DNA from: Mustelus asterias
Lineage: Eukaryota
Length of the DNA stretch: 64,000 nucleotides
Assembly: GCF_964213995.1 (NCBI RefSeq)
Contig: NW_027590143.1
Coordinates: forward strand, 806,001-870,000
Reading direction: 5' to 3'
The notes under the pieces are model-generated. The model saw only the letters and a program-made list of their open reading frames with translations, was not told the DNA's origin and did not search any database. The translations under genes and the position numbers were made by a program. Positions 39,270 to 51,006 of the stretch are shown here, one piece after another (the first letter of the stretch is position 1; every line of letters starts with the position of its first letter).

Positions 39270-40701
39270 AACAAACAACAAACAACAAAGAACAAAGAAC
39301 AATACAGCACAGGAACAGGCCCTTCGGCCCTCCAAGCCCGCGCCGCTCCCCGGTCCAGGATTGAATCCTGAATCCAGGATCCCCGCCCAATTTTCCAGCC
39401 TATCTACATACCAATATCCTATCCACCGAGCTGTCCCTCACAGCTACGATGCTTTGTCCATTACAACCTATTAACTCACCCCCACCCCCCCATTCCAGAC
39501 CATGTGATCTCCAGGGAGAGGCGAAAACCCAGAGTGAAAAACCCCAGGGCCAATATGGGGAAAATAAAATCTGGGAAATTCCTCTCCGACCCCCTGAGGC
39601 GATCGAAACGAGTCCAGGAGATCACAATGGCCCTGATCGGAAAATGCTTCCCAACCCTAGTCATTTCCACTTCCACGAACACCATATGAATTCCCTGCCC
39701 CCGAGACAGGTTCCCAACTATCCGCAGTCTCGCTCTGTACTGGCACCAGCAAGATGATCATAGAATGAAGCCTTGAAACGAGAAACAAGGAACAACTAGC
39801 CCGCGCCGCTCCCTGGTCCAAACTAGACCACTCTTTTGTATCCCTCCATTCCCACTCCGTTCATATAGCTGTCTAGATAAGTCTTAAACGTTCCCAGTGT
39901 GTCCGCCTCCACCACTTTGCCCGGCAACACATTCCAGGCCCCCACGACCCTCTGTGTGAAATATGTCCTTCTGATATCTGTGTTAAACCTCCCTCCCTTC
40001 ACCTTGAACCTATGACCCCTCGTGAACGTCACCACCGACCCGGGGAAAAGCTTCCCACCGTTCACCCTATCTATGCCTTTCATAATTTTATACACCTCTA
40101 TTAAGTCTCCCCTCATCCTCCGTCTTTCCAAGGAGAACAACCCCAGTTTCCCCAATCTCTCCTCATAACCAAGCCCCTCCATACCAGGCAACATCCTGGT
40201 AAACCTCCTCTGTACTCTCTCCAAAGCCTCCACGTCCTTCTGGTAGTGTGGCGACCAGAACTGGACGCAGTATTCCAAATGCGGCCGAACCAACGTTCTA
40301 TACATCTGCAACATCAGACCCCAACTTTTATACTCTATGCCCCGTCCTATAAAGGCAAGCATGCCATATGCCTTCTTCACCACCTTCTCCACCTGTGACG
40401 TCACCTTCAAAGATCTGTGGACTTGCACACCCAGGTCCCTCTGCGTCTCTACACCCTTTATGGTTCTTCCATTTATCGTGTAGCTCCTCCCTACATTATT
40501 CCCACCAAAATGCATCACTTCGCATTTATCAGGATTGAACTCCATCTGCCATTTCCTTGCCCAAATTTCCAGCCTATCTATATCCTTCTGTAGCCTCTGA
40601 CAATGTTCCTCACTATCTGCAAGCCCTCCCAGTTTTGTGTCGTCCGCAAACTTACTGATCACCCCAGTTACTCCTTCTTCCAGATCATTTATATAAATCA
40701 C
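39270..40701 (-). mobile_element. Young 5'-truncated CR1 LINE with long 3' UTR
   Basis: Uninterrupted ORF 39823..40701 (SKFADDTKL..WQMEFNPDKC..LVRPHLEYCVQFWSP..FTQRVVGAWN) and ttctttg-type tail. Confidence 0.95.
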
Positions 40702-41742
40702 AATAGGAAGGGAAATGGCATCTTGGTCTTTATTGCCAGCAGATTGCTGTATAAGAATAAAAACGCCAATTTACATTTATACAGGGTTTTGTTAGGAGCA
40801 ACTGTGAAATATTCGGAGCGTTTTTGATATCCACGAGGCTTTTCTTTGGAAAAAAGGCTATCCTTCCATTGGAGACGGTCCACTTGGTTGGTTCCAGCGA
40901 TGAGAGAGTTCTCCTGGGATGAGAGGCTGTGCAAATTGGGCTGAAATTCCCTGGAGTTTAGAAGACTGAGAAGCAATCTTATTGAACCGACAGAATACTG
41001 AGAGATTGTTTCCCAGTCTCAGATGAGGACTCATCGGAGAACTGACACACAAACACATCCAGCAAAGACTCTAATTCTGAACTTTAATTGCATGTTTGAA
41101 ATGAATATATATTATACCATGTGATATGTATGATACGAATAGTCATTAAATAAGTAATGTTGACAACACCTGACCACAGTAGAACGGCAACATTTGAGAA
41201 ATATTTTTATTGTTGCCTAGGTTCACAAGCCGGAACTGCGCGACAATGAATGCTGGTCGGGAAAATAAAAGTACAACCTCCGCCTCTGGATGGTAGTGAG
41301 CCACCAAACATTTGCTTACGAGTTGAACGCAGGAAGAAATTCCGCCACTGAAACTAAGACACACCATATCAGGGTATCAGCGAGTGCTGGATGTATCCAA
41401 CCCTAATTCTCTTTTCGTAAAATATAGTCGAGAACTACAACATGACCACATCGTTTGCAATACTATGCAAGCCCCTTGACTATTTCCCTCCCCACAGTAT
41501 TGCTGCGATTTCGTGGTTACCCGCTTCTGCTAACAAGGGAAAGGGCCGCTTGATGAAGTAGATAGGGACAAACTGTTTCCACTGATGAGGGTCAGTAGCC
41601 AAAGGATTGGGATTAAAGATAATTCAAGAAAGATCGACTTGTATTCATGTCGCGCCTTTCCCGGTTGCTGGACGTCACCACGCGCTTTGCAGCCAATGAA
41701 AGACAGTTGTAATTGAAAAGAAAAGTATCAATTAAACAAGAA

Positions 41743-41814
41743 AGGGGGCACTCGGATTTGAACCGAGGGCCTCTTGATCTGCAGTCAAATGCTCTACCAC
41801 TGAGCTATACCCCC
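41743..41814 (-). tRNA. tRNA-Cys(GCA)
   Basis: GGGGGTATAGCTCAGTGGTAGAGCATTTGACTGCAGATCAAGAGGCCCTCGGTTCAAATCCGAGTGCCCCCT; fully paired T stem CTCGG/CCGAG. Confidence 0.93.
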
Positions 41815-42891
41815 TCAGCTGTCAGTTGGTCCTCGGGATTCAATGTAGTTTTATTGAGGGGGATCGAGCGGTCAGATTGCATGCCGCTTTGTCTCATCGT
41901 AACTGGTTTCTGAGTGAAGTCGGAGAGCTTAGCGTTTAAGTTAGCGAGATGTTTTCTTGTGATTTGGCTGAGATTTGGATCCAGGTCTAGGAGATGTTTG
42001 TGTCAATCTAATCGATAAAATGTACCCCATTGTCATACAGATTTGACCTTGTATCCCCATCTCTATTGGCAGCGCTTTGCAGCCTATCACTGTCCTTCAC
42101 TATCTGTGTTTGTTCTTGAACAGTTGCCCATGTGACATTTCCAATTCGGACAGAAATATAGATCTAACTCCACTGCTTCTGATAGAGCTGTTTTCGATCA
42201 GGAAACAATTCAAGTTTGTTCAATGGATTATCAAGAACTTTAAATCTTAGCATATCGAAGCCGATCTATGACCCTGAAAGCGCCGAATCCTAAACAGTGG
42301 ACCACCAGGATTTCATCTTCCTGATTCTCCCAGATACTGAGTACAGGAATATGCAGTGTCAATTATTCACAGTCGCATTTCCTTCCAGTCTCGTGCATGT
42401 TGTTCAGCTTTGAAATTGTTCATCTTTTCACATTAGCTTCCAATGAGATGAAAGCGGAGCTGTGATAAGCTGAAGTTTTTCAACAGATTTACCACAATAA
42501 GGTTTATAACAAACATTGCTTTTTGAATGTGGTGAGCGACAGTGAAACTTAATGCAGTAGAAGGTAACTCACTCATTCTGACAGGATTTACCAGCAATTG
42601 CAATGTAAGTATGAGGTCGAGATACCGGCGTTGGACTGGGGTGGGCATAATAAGAAGTCTCACAGCATCATGTTTTACCAGCGCCCCGAAAGCTCCTGAC
42701 TCCAAGTCGACCTGGCATTGTGAGACTTCTTAATGTAAATGGATTGTTGTGGGTAGTTGACAGGATTGTGGAATCGTGCAGATTTTTCCTCTTTGCTATT
42801 CAATCTGCCACAAGTATCGCTCCCGTTTTCGATCAGGAAGCAATGCCCCCTCTCCTTAATTCATGTGTTGCACGAGAGCAATAAATCATCA

Positions 42892-42963
42892 TTCCCTGAC
42901 CGGGAATCGCACCCAGACCGCAACAGTGAAAGCTGTGAATTCTAACGACAGGACCAACATGGA
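42892..42963 (-). pseudogene. tRNA-Glu(TTC) pseudogene
   Basis: Mirror of 9235-9306; T loop GTGCGA. Confidence 0.75.
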
Positions 42964-44568
42964 AATTGAGATGGCTAGAGCATTCTTGAGCAAGTGTGTG
43001 CGTGCGTGCGTCTGTCTGTGCGTGCATGCGTGCGTGCGTGTCTGTGTGTGCGTGTGTGTCCGTGTGCGTTTGCGTGCGTGTCTGTGTGTGTGTCGTACCC
43101 TCGGGTAATCACTGATCAATGAAGCCGTCGACCTCTTTATCGCTCAACTGTTTGTGTTCTTGAGCAATCATCCTCTGGAGCTTGTGCAATGAGGCCAGGA
43201 GAGTAACACACTGCATCATCCCCAATGTGATTGCGGTGCGATTTGCTGAAAGTTGTTAATTTTATCAAAATCATCCATTGCGAATTGTAAATGAAATGAC
43301 CTTCAGTACCCGTTATGAATTCTCACAACATCAGGGTAAAGTGCAACAGGTTTATTTGGAATCACGAGCTTTCGGAGCGCAGCTCCTTCATCACTCACGC
43401 TGAGGATTCACCACATTTTTCTGTCTTTGAATGAAAGTAATAGATATCTCATCAATTCCCCGGTATCCTGAGTATCTGACATTGATTTCCACACTACATT
43501 GCTTTAAATCTTTGTTTTCAATGTGAAATTAAGCGTTTTGATTCCATGTGAAGGATTTACACTTATACCCTTCTGGGAAGATGGTGGCATAGTGGTAACA
43601 TCAGTGGAGTATGAATCCCATGGCTCAGGCTCACAGGTCACGATCCCACCACAGTCTAGAACTGAAACGGAAGTGAAAGCTAGTCTCAGTAATGAAGCTT
43701 TATTTTCTGATTGTCATGAAAACTCATGTGGATCTTTTGCAGAAGGAAATCTGCCATCCTTCCCCTTTCTGGTATCCATTGGACTGCAAACGCAAGGCAA
43801 TGTGATTGACTCTTAACTGCCCTCTGAAATGGCCGAACAAAATGCTCAGTTCAGTGGGAAATAGGGATGGACAACAAATGCTGGCATTGACAATGAAATA
43901 TACATTGCATTAGCAGCATTTTATGAAATGATTAATTCTCATTTTGTTTAATTTCATGTCAAACAGGGTGACATATTCTGGTGTCTTATTATTTAAAACC
44001 TCAGCCCTTTAACTATTTAAACAGGTAAGGTTCAGTCAGAGAAAAGTGATCCACTGTGATCCAAAACTAGGAATTGTAATTGCTGCAAATCCCACCTCAA
44101 AACAGAAAATGTTGGAAGCACTCATCAGCTTCAGCAGCTTCTGTGGAGAGGGAAAGAGAGTGAATGATTCAGGTTGCTGACCTTTGACCCTAACTGGAAC
44201 AAATTAGTGATTTAATGGTTTACAAACGAGTACAGAGTCATGGAAAATAGAGAGGGAGAGGAGGAAAGAACAAACGGTCTTTTGATAGGATGGAAGGCTG
44301 GAGTGATTGAATTACAATGGAGATGATTATTGTTCCCACTGACACAATCTCGCAGATCTGTGTTTAAATCTCATAATAAATGAGAACAAAACCTCTCGCT
44401 CAGTTCAGTGCTGAATACACCGCCTTCCAGTGAACCGGAGGCAGTTTTCAGTCAGAAAGCCGCAACTGTGAGATAAACAAAGTAGAAACGAGAAAGACTC
44501 AGTTTGAGCGGTGACACTTCTGGAGAAACAGAATTCACCCAGGAATGGGACAAATTTTAAAACAGCAA

Positions 44569-44633
44569 CGCCCAACGTGGGGCTCGAACCCACGATTAAG
44601 AGTCGCATGCTCTACCGACTGAGCTGGCCGGGC
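44569..44633 (-). pseudogene. tRNA-Lys(CTT) pseudogene, 8-nt deletion
   Basis: Mirror of 7613-7685 lacking the 3' anticodon stem and variable loop. Confidence 0.88.
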
Positions 44634-45470
44634 ACATGGGCGAACTTGCTTTCCATAACCTAAAATGCATAGAGCCAAATATGGCTTTTTCATCTGGTGT
44701 CTCAGCTTGTTCTGATTTCAAAGTTTACAATGAATCGACCTACATAATTCCCAAGGTTCCTATCCATCCTTCTCAATCATCAATTGCATCATTTCCATCT
44801 TCCAATTCCAAGCTTCACCTCTCCCAAACATTCCAAACTCCTCTTACATCATCCACCCTGTGTTTCTGTTCTTAATAATTTCGCCAGGGTTGGGGGGAAC
44901 AGCCTCTCAACATTTACACTGTCAAACTGTTTCCCAGTTTCATGCTTTTAAATAAGATCACCTCTGATTAATCTAAACTCCAGAGCAAACATACTCATCC
45001 CACTGAATCTCTCCTCCCAGGAGAAACGCAGAAATGAATCCAGTGAACCTTGGTTACACACAGACAGCGAAAGAATGGAGAGAGCAAGGAGCAAAAGAGG
45101 TCAACGTCATAAAATCAGTCAGAGAGACTGACAGCGTCTGCGGGAGATATATAGAGACAATGAAAGCAGAAATAGCGAGTGGGGTACACATCCACAATCC
45201 ACGTATGAATAACAATATACACACAGCCAGCTGTCTGAACCAACTAACATGGGGTCCTCTAAACTGGTGAACAGAAATAAAGTGAATGACCATAAGCATA
45301 TTAACCTTTTAATGTCATGATTTTCTTGTGTGAGTGTTGTGTTGATAGATTGCCTGCACTGTGTGTTCAGGTTCTCAAACCAAATCCCACGTAAACCAAT
45401 CCCACCGTTTGCACTAAAAATACATATATAAAACCTATGACTTGTCCAATACGAAACAACAGCAGAATGA

Positions 45471-45562
45471 GGGCTCTAGCCCGGCATGTGAACCCGAGAT
45501 CGCTTGCAAGTTTGTGGATGTTGACACCCTGGGCCCGAATCATACCCCTCGTCCAACGAGCC
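45471..45562 (-). pseudogene. Degenerate intron-containing tRNA-Pro (anticodon reads AGG)
   Basis: ggctcgttggacgaggggtatgattcgggcccaggg[tgtcaacatccacaaact]tgcaagcg...gagccc; 18-nt insert at the same site. Confidence 0.75.
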
Positions 45563-47261
45563 GCTGCTGGTGAAGTTATTCACCATTCAAAGCTGCTCAG
45601 ACTTCTGCAGTGAAAGGTGAAAATGCTGGAAAAACTCAGAAAGTCAGGAAAACAAATCTCATATTTTAGCTCCATAACCTTTCGTTGGGAATAACTGGGA
45701 ATTGTTAGAAATGTAGGAGGTTTTAAACAAGTGTTATCCAGCAGCATAACAAGAGGGGAGGCCTCTGGCCGGGTGGAAATCAGAAGAGATTAAATGAGGG
45801 AAACAAAGAATTTTAAAGTAATGGGGCCATTCCTAAGTCCCTTACAGGACTCCGTTGTGTTGTGGATGAAGGGGAACCTGTGGATGCAATGTACGTAGAT
45901 ACCATTGGAGCCACAGTGATGAGTTGATGGGTTTTGAAAATTGAAAGTTACACTTAGGAACATAGAATTAGGAGCAGAAGTGGGCAAATTCACCCCTTCG
46001 AGCCTGAACCGTCATGCAATCAGTTCATGACTGATCTCTCCCTGTTCTCAAATCCACCTCCCTCTCTGTTCCAATATCCCCTCATCCCTTTTATTATCAG
46101 GAATATATCGGTCTCTTTCTTGAAATCATTTAATGATTCAGACTCAACCGCGCTATGGGGCAATGCATTCCACAAATTCACGACCACCTGTGAGAAGCAG
46201 TTGCTCCTCATCTCAGTTTGAAATATACCATCTCTCAATCTATACATTTGACATGCTGTTCTCGATTGCGAGTAAGAAGAAAAAATCTCTACGTTTACTC
46301 TTTTCAATCCTATTTAGAATTTTGTAAACCGCAATCACTTCAGCATCTTGTGGGACTATTCCTCCTCACTGTCATTTTCAATTCCCAGCAAGCACAATCG
46401 GTGTTGTCATTAGCGGAAGTAGTCACGAATGTTCCATCCAAACTGGACATATTAAGGGATATATGTCAAGTGATTTTGAAAAACACAGTTCACTCGTGAC
46501 CCTGGGTGTCCAATGGGTTATGTTCAGTATTCTCCAGTGTTGTTTGGTCTCAATTCCCGCTCAGGAAACGATTATTTATCGCTCTCAGCAAACTATTAAC
46601 AAATAACCTGATTCACTATCTGATCGAAAGTAAATCCACTAATATCAGCCGAGTGAGTTTTGCATGTCGACACCACAGCTAGAAATGTCACATGTGCAAC
46701 AGGGTCAAGAACAAATACAGAAGCAGAAAGGCAGTGATCGGCCGCAAAGCGCTGACAATAGAGATGGTGATGTAAGGTTGTGCCGTGTCGTTTTTGGCAT
46801 GAACAAAGAGGAGCGACATACCAATGTAAACAGTTGTTGAGGTAAAGGAACGTGTGCGGAAGGAATGGAGAAAATTATTGTGGACTTCGGAATCGGAAAC
46901 AAAAGACACAATGCTGGAAAATCTCACCAGGTCTGGCAGCATCTGTAAGGAGCGAAGAGAGCTGACATTTCGAGTCCAGATGACTCTCTGTCAAAGCTGG
47001 GAGGAGTGGAGTTGCTCCGATAGAGAATACAAACGGTAGCACAGGCCGAATGACGATCTTCCGATTTAAACAACAGGATTGCCAACATTGAGACTGCAGT
47101 CCCGGCCCAGGGAAGATATTGGGATTTTCCAGGTGAGGTTCAAATCCTGTCATGAGCGCTTCCCGTCATTCCTCATTGTGACATTTGTTTATTGAAAGTT
47201 ATTGGAAATGAAGCAATGGGTGCAGAGATGATCAACCCATTGCAAATCTCTCACATCAGCG

Positions 47262-47323
47262 TCACTGATGGTCCAGTGATCAGCGTCGGCGGCGTGACGC
47301 GGTTTCGAATCCCAGTCACGGAG
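47262..47323 (+). pseudogene. tRNA-Glu-derived pseudogene lacking anticodon loop
   Basis: Mirror of 4327-4388. Confidence 0.6.
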
Positions 47324-47647
47324 TGAATAAATTTTCGTTCATTTCTTCATTTAATAAAAACACGCCTCATAGCTTCTGTGAAGGGAGCAACAAGCTTAAT
47401 CTTCCAGTTGGGTGAACTTGTATCAGAGCTGGAAAAGTCAGAGATGTAACATTAACAATAAACTCTGAAGAAGAGACACATGACACACACAACATACATG
47501 TCAAGTACATACACAATACACATATCAGATCATTTCACTTTCAAGTTGTGTCTTTTAACTTCCTGCTCTCCACCTCAGACATTTCCACATTCATCAAAAA
47601 TCTCCGACCTCAAACCCCATCCTGGTCCTCAATCCACTGATAATACT

Positions 47648-47720
47648 GGCTCCATAGCTCAGTGGTTATAGCACTGGTTTTGTAAACCAGGGGTCGCGAG
47701 TTCAATTCTCGCTAGAGCCT
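47648..47720 (+). tRNA. tRNA-Thr(TGT)
   Basis: ggctccatagctcagtggttatagcactggttttgtaaaccaggggtcgcgagttcaattctcgctagagcct; two stem mismatches. Confidence 0.8.
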
Positions 47721-50510
47721 ATAAGTAAAATTTAGCTGATAGAAATAAGCTGTGGGAAAGGGGCTGGGAAATGAATTAGAGACATTTGATGAGCGTCGGT
47801 CCAGATCGGGTGTAACTTTGGAAAACAAATAGGTATTTCCTTCTTCGTAAAAAAATAATAAGAACAAGACATATTTGCAGAGCTGAAAAAGGTAGGTGTC
47901 GATATTGAGAATAGAATAGATGCGTTTGTACAAGGAATGCATAAAGCTAGCATGTCGTTGCAGGTAATGATGCAGGTAATGATTGGAAGGAAAATTGTAT
48001 TTTGGTCTTTATTGACGGCAGACTGGAGTCCAAGAATAACGAGGTGTTGCTGCAGTTGCACAGGGTTTTGTTGAGACCATATGTTGAATATTCTGCACAG
48101 ATATGATATTCACATTTAATAAAGGATATGTTTCCATTGGAAACGGTGCAGATAAGGTTCAGCAGATGATCCCTGGGATGAGGGATTTGTCGGGTGATGG
48201 GAGGCTGAGTAAATTGGGCCGAAAGTCTCTGGAGTTTGGAAGAATGAGATGTGATTTCATTAAACCTACACAAGTCTGATTGGGTTTGATAGGGTGGAGG
48301 CTAAGAAATTTCTTCTGCTCGTCGGGAAATCTAACCCACGGCAGTACAGTCTCAGGAAAATGGGCTGATCATTTAGGCCTAAGATAAGGAGAAATTACTT
48401 TATTGAAATGGTTGTGAATCTTTGGAATTCTCTGTGCCAGACAGTTATGGAAGCTCCATCATCAAATACATTCAAGTTTGGGATACACAGGTTTCTGGTC
48501 TCTCGGGGAATTCAGGGACATGGGGAGCTGGTGGAAAACTGAATTGCACTCCAAGATCAGCCATAACGGTATTGAATGTCGGAACAGGCTCGATGGACCG
48601 AGTGGTTTACTCCTGCTCCTATTTATTGTGTTCATCTGTATGATCAAGCTAGTAATTCATGCTAAAATAAAAACAGAAAGTGCTGGAATTTGTCAGCAGG
48701 TCTTGCAGCAAATGTGAAGCAGAGAGTTAAGGTTCCGAGTCTCATTATGAATTTTCTTAAAGCAGTAACTGAGTGTGAGTTACAACAATTAGCACAATAT
48801 CGAGACAGGGAATTTAATTTAAATCCAGGCAGCGAAAGCCCTGAATTTAAACTCCTGTGTTATTTCTGTAGTAAACTTGTTCAGGAAACTTACCTGCCAA
48901 TTGAAAGTGTGGATGTTTGAGAGCCCCCCGAGCCAAATGGACTCCCGCTATTCCTGTTTCTGCTTGTGTTCCAGACAAAAATTTACTTTGTGCCCTTCTG
49001 TAACAGTGAAATATTGTCCAAACTTTGCCAGTCTTGCTGTTATTCAGTAAATTACCAGACTGTCATGACACAGAGGTTAATCCCCTTTATCTCACATCGT
49101 AATCTGGAAAAACTGTTTGTGACGCTGCTAACTCCTTTTACTTAACGTTCCGAGTCTTATTAATAAGACAAATGTCTGTCAATCACTTTGAGTGAATAAT
49201 TAACAAGCTATTTTATTGAAATAACCAAGAACTTTAAGTAAACAATTAACATGTTAATTAAGGTACGGTTCGACTGAAATGCTGTTCAAATAATACGAGG
49301 AACATTCATTACCAAAACAGCGATAACGGAATTTTCGTCACTCTCAAATAAATTATACAACCAGGCTTGATGGGATTCTCAGATTTAGGAGTTCTTCAGT
49401 AGTTGTGCGCTGTCTGTAAGGTCTTTCTAACCCCGTATCCTTCTGTTAGATAGTTTTCTTAAGCGATTTTTAAACTGGCAGGGATGGAGAACTGCTCCAT
49501 AGACAAATGGTTTTTTTTTTTAACAGGCTGCTCTGGCCTCTAGATATGTTCACCCAAGATATTATCTGGAGATGGCTGCTCCTCTGGCCCTTTTTACCTG
49601 CCATGACCTCGCAATTTTCTTGCACCACGATTGGTTTGATGCTGACAACAACAACAAAATCAAAGCTGATAGGTTCCCTTCAGCTGAGTGTTTACTTTAA
49701 ACTTATAGGCTGAGCTGAATGTCTTCTTTAACTCAAATCTTAACAAAATGCAAAAACTTGTGGGGCCTGTTACTAAGTCAAACCTGATGTTTGGTCCCTT
49801 TCAAACAAATGTTGCAACCTGGAGTCTGTATGTACTCTACATTTTAGCACATAACTCTAAAACAGCAATTCAAGGACTGTTTTCTTTCCCTCTAGCATTT
49901 TTTAAAACAATTCTTTTATCTGTTTATAAACATTATTTTATATGTTTACAAACTCAACTTGAAACTGGCAGATACAAGCTGGCTCTCATCTCTCTCTTTG
50001 CAGGATGGAATTCGTCTGGTCTACATGCTCACTGAAGCACCAACACGACAAGGAGCCATTTGCTGGTTCAATCCATCCTAGTAGTTCTAAGGAACTGTAC
50101 TGCCCAATGAGACATCGGTGTCCATACGTAAAGGAGAGAGTCCAACTGGAAAATAGTGTTGAAAAATACGTCAAGGAAAAAAATTAAGTGAGGTATGAAG
50201 TTTTATTTAATGTGAACTTGAACGGACAGTTTATGGAACATGTTTATTTTGTTTGACTATTTGGAATGTGCTGAAACCCAAATAACATTCTTATATTTGA
50301 CTAAGCTTCGTGTTAAATTGGTTGTTCAGGAAGAATACTCAATTTCTTCACTCGTCACTTACCTCCTACGCAATTAGAACATACCAGGCATAGCCTGCGA
50401 TGAGTGCATTAATTTCAACATCATGTTTCTATTGAATAGCGATGGTTTTGTCTCGGTATGTGGTATAAGTGATGATAAAGGAACACTGATTCCCCCCACC
50501 ACCAACAGTT

Positions 50511-50805
50511 GGGGTGGCACATTGGCACCGTGCGCAGCACTGCTACCTCACAGCGCCAGGGATCCATGTTCGATTCACAACTTGGATCAATGTCTGTGTG
50601 GAGTTTGCACATTCTCCCTGTGTCTGCCTGCGTTTCCTCCGGGGCTCCGGTTTCCTCCCACGGTCCAAAGATGTGCAGGTTAGGTGAATTGGCCATGCGA
50701 AATTCTCCCTGTGTATACAAACAGGTGCTGGCGTGTGGCGACTAGGGCATTTTCACAATAACTTCATTGCAGTATTAATGTAAGACTACTTGTGGCTAAT
50801 AAATA
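50511..50805 (+). mobile_element. HE1/V-SINE-type SINE
   Basis: gcactgctacctcacagcgccaggga..ggagtttgcacattctccc..ctccggtttcctcccac. Confidence 0.85.
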
Positions 50806-51006
50806 TACCTTAGTTCCATTCGCCCCACAACATTCAAGTGGGTATCCGAACAGCCATAATCCGTAAGCAGTACTACAAGTCTTTTTTCGTGTTACTTTTG
50901 AAATCATGTGCAAGTCTCTCCAAGTATCAATGTTTTGATGCTTCACGGTCTTTAAAAATATTTGATTTTATATGAGTAAGGCGGAACAGAATAACCTGAT
51001 ACTTAC

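Larger units (their letters stand above)
32620..49597. repeat. Right arm of large inverted segmental duplication
   Basis: Mirrors 2044-13990; carries an extra ~36160-42060 block and the 45300-45590 segment, and lacks the 4860-5730 segment. Confidence 0.95.

Noticed and set aside
39594-39614. ctgaggcgatcgaaacgagtc as a hammerhead core
   Set aside because: Core deviates from CUGANGA and stem II cannot form; kept only as part of the larger structured module
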